The notes below the pieces were generated by a model. That model was not told the DNA's origin, ran no database searches, and saw nothing but the letters and a program-made list of their open reading frames with translations. The position numbers and the translations under genes were made by a program. Positions 25,818-36,603 of a DNA stretch of 64,000 bases are shown here, piece by piece (the first letter of the stretch is position 1; every line of letters starts with the position of its first letter). Location of the stretch: contig JANNCQ010000085.1 of the NCBI GenBank assembly GCA_031386685.1, positions 8,241 to 72,240 on the forward strand, written 5' to 3'. The stretch comes from Candidatus Altimarinota bacterium (GTDB taxonomy: Bacteria; Patescibacteriota; Gracilibacteria; BD1-5; UBA2023).

Positions 25818-27404
25818 ATGCAAATCAAAACCTTTTACATAAAAACCTTTGGCTGTCAGATGAACTATGCTGATAGTGAGAAGATCCATATGATCCTCAT
25901 GTCGGCAGGACTACGCAAGGTCATCGATCCAGTGAAGGCGGATATCGTCATCATGAATACGTGTAGTGTCCGACAGAAGGGAGAGGATCGAGTATTTGGG
26001 TTTATGAGGGAGATTAGTAGATACCATAAGGTTACCCCACTGTGAACGAGGGATAGCGATAAAAAGGGGGCTTCGGTATCTGGAAATGAGGAACAAAAAC
26101 CCTCCGTCATTTCGTGACACCTACATTGACAGGGAGGTTCAGGACCACTCTTTGGTATCACGGGTTGTATGGTGCGGAAATCAGGAGTAGCAAGACGCTA
26201 TATCGATCTCGAGCAGTATAAGCGTCATGGAACAGAGAAGATAGTTTTGCTCGAGTCACATGACTCTCTTCTTAATTATGATGATGAACTTTTCTTACGT
26301 TCTCCACTCATCGACTTCACTTTCCGTATCGAGGAAGTCGCCTATGCCACGAAGATACTCTCTCTCATATCTGGCGAAGATATCGGGAATGATGCGAAGT
26401 TCCATGAATACCTCAGTGTGAAGCAACTCCAAGAGAATCCTGCAAGTGCGAATATCATCATCCAGACAGGATGTGATAACTACTGTACTTTCTGTATCGT
26501 CCCACATACACGGGGGAGAGAAGTGAGTCGTCCACAGGATGAGATTGTGAGGGAAATTGAGAATGTTGTAGCACAATGAACCAAAGAAGTGACTCTCCTC
26601 GGGCAAAACGTGAATAGTTATGGGAAAGAAACTCGAGCAAAACTGTGGATTCCTGAAGAACTAACCTGGTCTTCCAGAGACGTCAAAACCCCATTCCGTG
26701 ATTTACTCGAACAGATTAACCAAGTTGATTGACTCGATCGTATACGCTTCACGAGCTCGAATCCCCATGATATGACGAAGGATATCCTCGATGCTCACTT
26801 CGATCTCCCGAGCCTCTGTCCGTATCTTCACTTCGCACTGCAGTCAGGAAGTGATACTCTCCTCAAACGCATGAATCGGAAGCATACTTATACTGACTTC
26901 AAATCCCAAGTCGACTATCTCCGCGCTCGTGATCCACTCTTCTCAATCTCGACTGATATCATCGTCGGATTCCCGTGAGAGACTGAGGAGGAGTTCCAGG
27001 CGACAGCCAGAGCCATGCGCGAGTGTCAGTTCGATTATGCATTCATCGCACGCTACTCTCCACGCTCAGGAACGATCGCTACGATGAAATACGAGGATGA
27101 TATATCTGCTGAAGAGAAAGCTCGTCGGTGGACGATCCTGAATGATATCCTACGCGTGACCGCGAGGGATCGAAATCTCCTCATGGTCGGTCGAGAAGAA
27201 GAGATCCTCATATCTGGCGAATGAAAAGATGAGACATGGGTGGGACGAACTCGCAACTTCAAGGAAGTGTTCATCCCGAAATCCCCCTTTGTAAAGGGGG
27301 CTGGCGATAGTCAGGGGGATTTTGCTCCGATCAAAATCGGAGACCTCGTGAAAGTACGGATCACAGCAGGGGATAAATGGGTATTGAAAGGGGAGAGAGT
27401 ATAG
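25818..27404 (+). CDS. miaB: tRNA-i6A37 methylthiotransferase MiaB (radical SAM), with apparent internal insertions
   Basis: [21 protein letters not shown]...[10 protein letters not shown]...[23 protein letters not shown]...RFTSSNPHD...[17 protein letters not shown]. Four track fragments are in one frame. Stop TAG at 27402-27404. Confidence 0.9.
26099..26138 (+). repeat. palindromic repeat fragment (S-family-like) inside miaB
   Basis: ccctccgtcatttcgtgac...tgacagggagg. It shares the ccgtcatttcg core with the S copies at 45760 and 49530, and lies in a stretch of about 35 extra residues of MiaB. Confidence 0.5.
27279..27323 (+). repeat. GC-rich nested palindrome inside the miaB TRAM region
   Basis: aaatccccc (27279-27287) pairs with gggggattt (27314-27322). 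Inner perfect palindrome ccccctttgtaaaggggg (27283-27300). 45 nt = 15 codons. Confidence 0.6.
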
Positions 27405-27461
27405 GGCGACTTGAACTTCTCAGAAATTTCTATATACTTTCGCTATATATTCTTATATTCT

Positions 27462-27728
27462 ATGAATCCACGAATCTCTGAGTTCTTTGGTATTGAGATA
27501 TTCCTCTATTGGAATGATCATAACCCACCACACTTCCATGTCAAATATGCTGATCATAATGCCTATGTATCTATCCATGATCCTCATATCATCGAGTGAA
27601 GTCTTCCTAAGAAAATAGAAAAACTGGTACTCGCTTGGGCAGATCTCTATCATGAGGCTTTGCTCGAAGATTGGGAACTCGTCCAGCTCCTCAAAACCCC
27701 AAAACGCATCGACCCTCTTACTCGCTAA
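27462..27728 (+). CDS. DUF4160 domain protein
   Basis: MNPRISEFFGIEIFLYWNDHNPPHFHVKYADHNAYVSI... Reads through TGA at 27597 to TAA at 27726-27728. Confidence 0.75.
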
Positions 27729-27737
27729 CTTGCCCAT

Positions 27738-27983
27738 ATGATACCATACGTCCAAAAAGCTGAATATGTCCATGACTATCTCCTCAGCCTCACTTTCCAG
27801 ACGGGAGAAGTGAAGCAATTCGACATGGCTCCCTATATCGAAAATGATTCACTCGTGTTTCGTCCACTCAAGCAGCCAGATATTTTCAAGATGTTCGTGG
27901 TCGATGGTGGGACAGTCTCATGGATCACTGGAGCTGATATGGCTCCAGAGAGGCTCTATAATGAGGGAGTACTCGTAAAATAA
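27738..27983 (+). CDS. DUF2442 domain protein
   Basis: ...HDYLLSLTFQTGEVKQFDM...FRPLKQPDIFKMFVVDGGTVSWITGADMAPERLY. Adjacent to DUF4160, as is typical for this pair. Confidence 0.75.
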   Translation: MIPYVQKAEYVHDYLLSLTFQTGEVKQFDMAPYIENDSLVFRPLKQPDIFKMFVVDGGTVSWITGADMAPERLYNEGVLVK

Positions 27984-28043
27984 TCTCACAGAGTGAGACA
28001 AGTGGGTTTTGAAAGAGGAGAGAGTGTAACTTATTTTTTTATC

Positions 28044-28871
28044 ATGGGAGTAAAGCATTATTTATCACAAACATACTTAAAATGATTTTCAGTTGATGAG
28101 AATCATATATTTTGTTATGATAAAATTCTCAAAGAGTTTATAACTACATATAGAATTAGTCTTGACCAAATAACATGTTCTAAGCTTGGAAATTCTCTAA
28201 GAAAACCATGAGCTATATCTAAATTATGATGTAAGCCTGATAATTTCTGGACACAAGGTATTGAAGATAAAATGACTAAAATTGAAACTAATTTTCCTAG
28301 TATTTTATTAGCTATAAATCAGAAAAATAGTGATAATGATTATAATAAACTTATTCAGTTTACATCTCTTCAATTATTAAGATCCTTAGTATCACAAGCA
28401 TCTTTTGAAACGAGGGTAAATAATGATAAAGAAAGTATGAATAAGATATGTGATATAATTGAATTTGAGGAATGAAAACTGTTATTAGAAGGATATAATT
28501 CAAAGAATAATCGTAATCTAATTTTAAAAGAATTTATTGACTGAATTGTGAATCAATCATCTAAAACTTATTCTAATCTTCGAAATCGAGTACTAAGTAT
28601 ATATAATACCAACAATGCGGAATTTATAACTTGAGACTTCCCATTTTACCATTTTTATAAAGAGGGTATTCAAGAGCCAAATATATTTTTTCCTATTTCT
28701 CAGAACATAATTATAGTTTTATGAGAAAAGAAAAGAGGCTGAGATATTATCTATGGAGCATCATCAGTATGGTCGCAACAAGCAATATCAGATATGAATA
28801 AAAAATTGATTTATGCTTCCGAACGGTATGTTTTTGGTTCAGATCCTGCGTTAATTCTGTCTTTGCTCTAA
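28044..28871 (+). CDS. DUF4238 domain protein
   Basis: N-terminal KHYLSQTYLKGF (Gly = TGA). 276 codons; ORF 28272..28475 is in frame. Very AT-rich. Confidence 0.65.
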
Positions 28872-29345
28872 TCTTTTTTGAATATATTTTAGTAAATATG
28901 TTGCTCATCAGACTTGATTAACTCACGCAGTTTCTTGGATTTTTCGAAATGTTGGGAAGTTGCTATTTTCTTTCCATAATTGGATTGCAGTAAGTGCAAG
29001 TTTTAGATGGTGATCTTCATCTACTGTTCATTTTTTTGAACAAGCTCTATTACAAGCAAAACATATTACTTCTAAGTTTTCTAGAGTATGATCTTTTGCA
29101 TTCCCATTTATATGATTAAATGATAGTCGCATCTGACTTCAGCATTTCTGGCATTTAAAATCAGAGTCTTCTAATTTCTTCCATAAATCTTGTGTCGTTG
29201 GAGCACTATTTCAAAATGTACTTAACCTAGTCCAATTCTGTCTCGTTGCTGGAGGTGGTGGAGGAGATACTAAATTCAGAATGGCTTTTATGGCATCTTT
29301 TTCTGATACATCGAGTAACTTCATTATTTCTATTAGATTTTCCAT
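28851..29345 (-). CDS. HNH endonuclease domain protein
   Basis: ...FKCQKCGSQMRLSFNHINGNAKDHTLENLEVICFACN... 165 codons. Its 3' end overlaps the convergent DUF4238 gene by 21 nt. Confidence 0.65.
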
Positions 29346-29483
29346 AGATTTTTAGATTGATAGCTAGATCATAAGCGATTTTCTCTTTTTACAAAATCCA
29401 TTTTCTCGATAGGGGAATCGAGTAGAGTTTGCGTTTTTCTGCTATGTTCTTATACTTTCTGACAATACTTCTAACTTCTTCTT

Positions 29484-31031
29484 ATGTTCGATATCACTTC
29501 TTGGATCCGAGAAACGATATTTCGTCGACCAAAGCTCACTCCGAGTATCGCAGGGGAAGAGCTCTCAGAAAAACAGACGACTAAACTCGGGTATTTCCTC
29601 CTCTTCTGTATGTTCGTCGCGATCATGTCGACGGCGCAGTGGACTCTCTCTATTATCAGTGGTATTCCAGAGAGGCCCACGCCAGTTCCATCTTGTGTCT
29701 CTGAGATGCTTCGAGCATTTGATACAGAGAGCACGAGCTACAATTATAGCTCTTATAATTATGGATATGATTATGCAGGATACAACAGCTGTACTCTCAC
29801 TTCGGTACATCCAAAGTATGACTTATCGAGTGAGTTCAAGACTCTCGAGTGACCACTGAGTCAGTTAAATGAGTATTTCACGACACTCTCTCGTCTCGAA
29901 TCTGAGAAATCACAAGCAACATATCGACAGCAAAATAATCGAGAAGACTACAATACTTCGCTTTCTGAGAGTGCCGTGCAAGAACAAAATCCGATCTATG
30001 ATGCCAATGGTATAAGACAAGATATCACGACTACGAGAAGTAATATAGCGAATGCTGATCTTCAGATAACCAATACTAAGCACGCTATAGAGTCTCTGCG
30101 AACTCAGTATGCTCCTCAGGTATCAGACCTGAAGTATGCCTATGAATGAGCAGAATCTGCATATATACGAGCAAATCTCCTGTATCGTATGTTCATCGCT
30201 CTCCTTTCCCTCGCATTTTCTGGCTTAGTTTTCGCGGTCCTCTACCGTATGTATGTGAGGAGAAAGCTCGAAAATAGTCCTCACACGATCATATTCTCGG
30301 TCGCGACCTTTGCCTATGGTCTCGTACTTCTGCAGGTGCTCCTCATGTTTCTCTGGGATATCATCCCACATACCTTCCTCGAGTGGCTCCTCGGGTGGAT
30401 ATCACTTTTTGCTCCACTTCTTTATCTCGTTCAGTTTCTCTGGCCAGTCGTCATCGTCGCGATATTCGGATTTCTCGTCTATCGTATCCAAAAGCGACTC
30501 TATTCCCCGCAAAATATCGTAAAACGCTTTGTCACAGACAAAAAATGTCCACATTGTGGAAATGCGGTCGATATGACGAAACCATTTTGTCCACTGTGTG
30601 CCCATGAGATCCATATCCACTGTCCGCACTGTCATGAACTCACGATGAAGGGGATGCCATATTGCTCGAACTGTGGTGGTACTCTCCCGAAGGATGATAC
30701 ACTCTATCATAGTGATGCTCATACTATCACTCGAGAGCTCGAGCAAAATCTCGAAAATATCTCCCTCGATGGCATCACATGAGTGACATTTTCTCTGCTT
30801 GATGGAACTTCGTTTATCTCGAAACGTGAGACGATCATCCGACTTGCTCTTTCTCTCACGAAAGACCTTGGAAAGAGTGTATTTGCACCAAAGGAATTCG
30901 CTCCATATCTCGAACGGATACTGTCACAAGTGGATAAAAAAGGGATCAGAGAAGCTGAGCTCGCACGTATACTCGGAAAGATACAAACATGGGTCGAAGT
31001 CGGGTGATCTGTAACCATCAATAAGAAATAA
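29484..31031 (+). CDS. membrane protein with coiled-coil region, 4-5 TM helices and a double zinc-ribbon; C-terminal 80-aa extension joined through a TGA
   Basis: Fragments 29484.., 30189.., 30783.. are in one frame. CPHCGNAV...CPLCAHEIHIHCPHCHEL...CSNCG. Stop TAA at 29029-31031 region (31029-31031). Confidence 0.65.
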
Positions 31032-31855
31032 TGCTTGCCATAATATTCACACTTTTTATACTTTATACCCTCCTCTTTCTCTATTCTTTGAAGATCCGAG
31101 ATAACTCGATCGTCGATGTATTTTGGGGATTTTGATTTATGATTATCGCCGTTCTTTCATTTTTCTTTGGATGAATGATGGATATACCACAAATCACAGT
31201 AACCCTCCTCATCCTTCTCTGGGGAATACGCCTCACTTCACACATAGTCTTTCGTAAACTTCGAGAGTGAAAAGAGGATCCTCGTTACGCGAAGTGGCGA
31301 GAAGAGTGGGGAAGTGGGTGGTACTTCATGGTAAGGTCATTTCTCCAGGTATATATTCTCCAGATGTTCCTCATGTTCGTCGTATCTGTACCAATACTCA
31401 TTGTGAATTTCTCAGATCATACGAGCCTATCTTATTCATTCTTTTCGATGCTGGATATATGGATGCTAGCACTGATACAAGATCCACGGGAGCTCATCTT
31501 TCTTATTCTCTGATTTCTGATTGCACTCTTTGGTCTCTCTTTCGAAACTATTGCTGATCTCCAACTTAAGACATTTCTCCAAATCAAAAAGCCAAGACAG
31601 ATATTCATGACTGGACTCTATCGCTACTCTCGTCATCCGAACTATTTCGGAGAAAGCATGTTTTGGTTATGAATATCATTCATTTCTCTTCCGTATTCGT
31701 ATATTGGGATTATCGGATGGATTGCTATTACCTGCCTTCTACTTTTCGTATCAGGCGTACCACTTCAGGAAGCTCGATATGAGGGGCGACCTGAATGGGA
31801 AGAGTACAAAAAGAAAACAAGCGTATTTGTGCCATGGTTCGTAAAGAGAAGATAA
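31031..31855 (+). CDS. DUF1295 / steroid 5-alpha-reductase-like membrane protein
   Basis: ...[32 protein letters not shown]...[21 protein letters not shown]... The start overlaps the previous stop (TAATG). Confidence 0.75.
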
Positions 31856-31914
31856 TGTATATTGCAAAATGAGATAAAGCCATATAATTGGGAAAGAGGT
31901 TTATCTATTTTTCT

Positions 31915-32799
31915 ATGAATTACCAAGACATACTTTCACAGATTCGTGATGCGTTTATCCATCAGGATCGATTTTCAGGTCACAAGAAGGTGATCGAATT
32001 TTTCGATAGAGAAAATCAGTTCCAGTGAGATATCTATAACTTCTACATCCGAGAAATCCTCCTAGATTGATCACCACAATATTATACGATCACTTCTCCC
32101 TATGATGTGACATGGAAGTGAGCTCCACAACAGGCACTCGTATTTCATTCTGAAAAACTCGTCTATAGTAGCGATTTCTCTGAGGCAGTAAAGATCAGAA
32201 CTGGATGCATGGATACGATTTTTCTCCAGTCTCTTGGTATCGAAAAACTCTCGGATACAAAGATGCTCATCGTCTGAAGTGGTGGAACTGCGAAGTATAG
32301 TTATCTATTTCTCAGAGATTCTTTCACTGATCTCGGAGTGGTTGATTATACGAATCGCTTATGACAAAACCATGAATTCGAGTCACTCGGTAGCATGAAC
32401 TATGTAGCTACTCCCGACTTGAGTCAATATGATATCATCCTCCTCCACGCACATGTCGATAGCCCATATCTGACATCAGAATACAGAAGTCAGATAAAAG
32501 ACGGAGCCATCATCGTCTCCTATGGTGGCAAGACTCCAGAGCGGGATATCAGTCCAGCGTTTTTCACCAGTGAAGACATTGTCATCGTCGACATGTATGC
32601 GAATATAGAAAATCTAAAACCACTGAAAACTGCTATCGAGTCATGAAGTATCAAGCAGGAAGAGCTCATCGATCTTGGGAAGATCCTCTCAGGTGAACAG
32701 AAAATCGAGAAAAGAAAAAATATCACTGTATGTATATCTGGAGGTACCTATATCCAGAATATCGCAATGATGAAGTATATGATGAACCATAAGTTATAA
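31915..32799 (+). CDS. hypothetical Rossmann-like protein, weakly ornithine cyclodeaminase/mu-crystallin-like
   Basis: 295 codons open under table 25 (frame scan clean). MLIVGSGGTAKYSYLF dinucleotide-binding-like motif. The family assignment is tentative. Confidence 0.5.
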
Positions 32800-33377
32800 T
32801 GACCTCTTTTTTCCCACCACATCTTCCCCACCTTGGTGAATCATATTTTCGTCGGTGAAAGAAAATCCCGAAAGGATTCTATCGTATCACAGTGAAGGCA
32901 GTAGCTATGAATCCAGAATGAGAAATCCTCCTTCTCAAAGAAGAGCGATATGGAGATAAGAAATCAGAATTCTATCGTGAAGATGGTGGTATGTATGATC
33001 TCCCTGGCGGTGGACTTTCATGGTGAGAGAATTTTCGCATATGACTCTCGAGAGAGATCATTGAAGAGATGTGAATAGATGAAGATGATTTCGAGATCGC
33101 AGACTCGCCAATCTATATCCAAATATCTGAACTCGATGACCAATATCATGATGATACTGAGAAAGATGATTTCTATCCCGTACTTATGATGTACTACCCA
33201 GTGAAGTTTCATCATCTTGATTTCCAGAGATCTCGAGAGTGTGCGAATCTCACCTGGATGGGGATAGAAAAATTCTCAGAAAAACAGATATGGTCACATA
33301 GTGTGAGGCTCGCAAATATCTTTAAAAGAGATGATTTTCCAGAATCTCTGATAACTCATCCAGAATATGGAAGATAA
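32799..33377 (+). CDS. Nudix hydrolase
   Basis: Nudix box GGGLSWGENFRIGLSREIIEEMGI (three Gly = TGA). The start overlaps the previous stop (TAATG). Confidence 0.75.
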
Positions 33378-33915
33378 AGAACCGATTCTTATCATCCTAA
33401 AACCTGAAATATTTGATCCGGATATTCGTCGGGATCATGCTGATGTGTTTCTTCCAGGAGTCGAGTTTCCTTCACCAGAGGTTTTTATCCAGGATCTTTT
33501 CGAGTGAATCATATCTGAGTATGAGTGACCATTTTCCTTCGTTTGGACCGAGCACCAGATCCGGGCTCAGTACAATCAGCCACATCATTTTCTTTTTGAA
33601 CCCTGATTTCAGAAGAATCGAGTAGATACTCTTGTCGATATCTATACTGGGAAGGTCGCTCAGTTCTATAGAGCTCATGGAATTATAGGATCTCCAGACC
33701 TTCTGAATCTTCGGAAAAAAGAAATCAGAAAAAGATACCTCAGAAATCCTAATGTCGCTTTTTATAGCCTCTATCATGTTTCTGATACTTTCGAAGATGC
33801 ACAGAGAGAGAGATTGCTATCTATGAAAAATATATACAATAAACAGGTAGAATACCTTCTAAAATATTTTTTATGAAAAAATATCTCCTTCTTATCACGG
33901 CGATCCTGACTATAG
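33367..33915 (+). CDS. nucleoside-diphosphate-kinase-like protein (tentative)
   Basis: EPILIILKPEIF... and ...IRKRYLRNPNVAFYSLYHVSDTFEDAQRE resemble the NDK N-terminus and the NxxH(G)SD active-site region. 183 codons. Overlaps both neighbouring genes. Confidence 0.4.
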
Positions 33916-34622
33916 GACTCACATCACTTCTCAGCGTCCCTAGTTCACCCTATCTGATATGAGGGATGACGCAGGCAAATATCTCGGATAAGTACCCGAC
34001 CTCTGTCACGCCTTATGGTATGACTTTTTCTATATGGTCTCTCATCTATCTCTCGTGGATCGTTGCAGGAGTATATATCGCTTTTTTTCAGAAATGAAAA
34101 AAGAAGATCGATGATACCTCTGTCGTCACTTTCTCTCTCGCTATTGGACTCACTGCAGTGTGGCTCTTCCCATGGGGCAATATCTGGATCGGGACAGCAC
34201 TCCTCGTGATGCTCTCGATCCTCGGACTTCTCGCCTATAGCTTCTCTCGTACTCGTGAGGCTCATGTATATGTCCGATCGAGTGTCGAGATTACTCTCGG
34301 GTGGATCATCATGGCTACAGCCCTCAATATCACTGTGTGGCTCCAATATCTTGGATTGCCTATCGGGGCTCCAGGAGATCTCTATTATGCGATATTCGCA
34401 CTCGGTGCTATCCTGATTATCGTTTCAGAACTCCAATGCAGATATAAGACATATATCATATCTGGAGTATTTCTTTGGACACTCTCAGGAGTATGGTTTG
34501 CTCATACGCTCTTCGAGCAGAGAGTCGCAGTCACGATCTATACTATTGTTATCTGTATCTATGTCTGGAATTCTCTTCATGGAAAGAGTACTTCGCTGAA
34601 GTCTCTGAAGTTTTGGAAATAG
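33873..34622 (+). CDS. polytopic membrane protein, TspO/MBR-related (tentative)
   Basis: MKKYLLLITAILTIGL...VTPYGMTFSIWSLIYLSWIVAG... ORF 34158..34622 is in frame. 250 codons. Confidence 0.55.
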
Positions 34623-34643
34623 AGAGAAATTTCTCGTAAAATA

Positions 34644-34671
34644 TTGCATTTTCTCCATTTTTTTCTAAGAT
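34644..34671 (+). promoter_or_regulatory. sigma70-like promoter upstream of ybaB
   Basis: TTGCAT (34644-34649), 16-nt spacer, TAAGAT (34666-34671). Confidence 0.4.
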
Positions 34672-34721
34672 AGTATCTCGTTTCAGCTCTAAAAAATATT
34701 TCTCCATTAACTTTCTCTTCC

Positions 34722-35021
34722 ATGGATTTCAAACAAGCACAAGAAATGATGAAGCTCCAGCAACAAGCTCAGAAGATCCAAGAAGAACTCAGCAATACTC
34801 ATATAGAAGCCGAGGTCGATGGTGTCGTCGTCACGATCGATGGCCAGCTGAAGGTGGTTTCTACAGTGATCGAAGATGCCTCTATCATGAAGGATCAGAA
34901 TAAGCTCGAAAAAGCTATCACAGAAGCTATCAATAAAGGGATGAAAAAAGCCCAAGAGATCGCGGCAGATCGTATGAAGGGTGTGATGAGTTCTATGTGA
35001 CTCAATATGCCTGGTATGTAA
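34722..35021 (+). CDS. ybaB: YbaB/EbfC family nucleoid-associated protein
   Basis: MDFKQAQEMMKLQQQAQKIQEEL...VVVTIDGQLKVVS...AINKGMKKAQE... Reads through TGA at 34998 to TAA at 35019-35021. Confidence 0.85.
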
Positions 35022-35060
35022 ACATATTTATACTTTTTATGACTAAAAAGTAACAAAAAG

Positions 35061-35216
35061 TCCTTCTTTTTTGTTTGTTCGTTTTGGAATCTGTTCTCAG
35101 TTTGTTTTTGAAATTGGAAAAACTCGGCTATAGCTCAGACAGTTTCCAATTCTTTGTCAAAAACTTCACTGACAGATTCGAAAAACTCACAAAAGGAAAA
35201 GAAGCAAAATCCCAAA
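35061..35216. repeat. long imperfect inverted repeat (arms of about 60 nt) in the ybaB-ppiB spacer
   Basis: The left arm tccttctttttt...ggaatctgt...gtttttga.aattggaaa matches the reverse complement of 35143-35216 at roughly 70 percent. Central loop aactcggctatagctcagacag. Confidence 0.5.
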
Positions 35217-35254
35217 CCTGAGCTACTCATATTAAATCCTAAGTTTTGACTACT

Positions 35255-35737
35255 ATGATCCCAAAGCCTAAAATCCTCCTCTCAACAAACCTTGGTGATA
35301 TCACTCTCGAGCTTTATCCTGAGTACGCACCGAAAGCCGTCGAGAACTTCGTCTGACTCACGACTAAGTGATACTATGATGGTATCATATTCCATCGTGT
35401 CATCCATGACTTCATGATCCAGTGAGGAGATCCTACGGGGACAGGATCAGGTGGTAAAAGTATCTGGATGCGTGCTTTCGAAGATGAGTTTGTGACGGAG
35501 CTCACTCATAAGAAGTGAGTCATCTCTATGGCGAATGCTGGTCGCAATACCAATGGTTCACAGTTCTTCATCGTAACGGCTGAGGATGCGAGCTTCCTCG
35601 ATCGGAAGCATACGATCTTCGGGCACGTCGTCGAAGGGATGGATGTCGTCGATCAGATCGAGTCGCTTCCTGTCGATCACAATGATCGACCCAAGGTCGA
35701 TGCGAAGATAGAGAAGGCAACGGTAGTGAGTGAATAA
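35255..35737 (+). CDS. ppiB: cyclophilin-type peptidyl-prolyl cis-trans isomerase
   Basis: ...[41 protein letters not shown]...[16 protein letters not shown]. Four Gly are encoded by TGA. Confidence 0.9.
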
Positions 35738-35799
35738 GGAAATAGTCATCAGGAAGCAGATATCAGGTATCAGATTGGAATTATTTTCACTTTTCTGTT

Positions 35800-35822
35800 A
35801 TCCGCCACCGCGGATATTTTTA
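35800..35822 (+). terminator. rho-independent terminator after ppiB
   Basis: atccgc-cacc-gcggat followed by attttt. A second hairpin attccgta-cttat-tacggaat lies at 35831-35851. Confidence 0.6.
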
Positions 35823-35862
35823 TCCATTTCATTCCGTACTTATTACGGAATCTTTATTTGCT

Positions 35863-35890
35863 TGTCATTCTGAGTGAAGCGAAGAATCTG
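35863..35890 (+). repeat. truncated S-family repeat copy
   Basis: tgtcattctgagtgaagcgaagaatctg resembles the 5' half of the S elements (ctgtcatttcgag...gcgaga.atc). Confidence 0.45.
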
Positions 35891-35961
35891 CTTTTTTTGT
35901 CTATCATCTCGTGCTAGTTAGGGAATCTTCCCCAAAAAGTACGAATCAACAAAAAATAAAT

Positions 35962-35990
35962 TTGACAAACAAGAGAGAGAGAGTTATACT
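35962..35990 (+). promoter_or_regulatory. sigma70-like promoter
   Basis: TTGACA (35962-35967), 17-nt spacer, TATACT (35985-35990). 29 nt upstream of ATG 36020. Confidence 0.55.
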
Positions 35991-36019
35991 TTGAGAGTTA
36001 TTTTTGTAACTTTCATAGT

Positions 36020-36496
36020 ATGAGTTTTTGAAAGCCTAATACAATTCCTGTAGAAAGAAGATTTTTATCCTTCAATGGGCTTAATAAAGTGCTGAGAATA
36101 GCCAAAGGTGAAGATGTAGCTGATGTTGATGTTGCTACAAAAAATTTAGTTAATGATTTAATCGCCTGAAGAACATCTAACATGGCTTTATGAGTCAGAA
36201 AAATTGTATCCAACTGATCTGCAGGAGTCCAATTTGCGCATTATACTCAGCAGCAATTTCAAGTATTATTGCAAGTTGCAGCTGGTGTTTCTTCCCATGC
36301 CGATACAGAAATTCGAGCAGTCACTCAAGCAATAGATCTGATTTTATTAAATAACCCCCAGAATCTTATACTGCTATGAGTGAGATTAGAAACGTTAGCA
36401 AGGCGAGGTGATAAGATAGTGGGAATCGCTACATCCCAGGGATCATTAACTCCTAATAATGATGATCTAAAATTCACACCTTGATGATCTGACTAA
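36020..36496 (+). CDS. hypothetical protein (158 aa)
   Basis: 159 codons open under table 25 (seven TGA), bracketed by a good promoter and a terminator. The antisense ORF 36013..36213 is shorter. Confidence 0.5.
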
Positions 36497-36544
36497 AGTC
36501 TTGAATGACAAATTAATGAGATATCAAGTATTGAAAATAATCTC

Positions 36545-36568
36545 ATCCCGACTCGTTCGGGATTTTTC
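36545..36568 (+). terminator. rho-independent terminator
   Basis: atcccga-ctcgt-tcgggat followed by ttttt. Confidence 0.7.
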
Positions 36569-36603
36569 TTGCCTTCATCCCGATTCTCTCTATCATACGA
36601 CTC

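Noticed and set aside
33472-33777. 101-aa minus-strand ORF.
   Set aside because: The opposite (plus) strand carries a 183-codon table-25 ORF with NDK-like motifs that fits the surrounding plus-strand operon.
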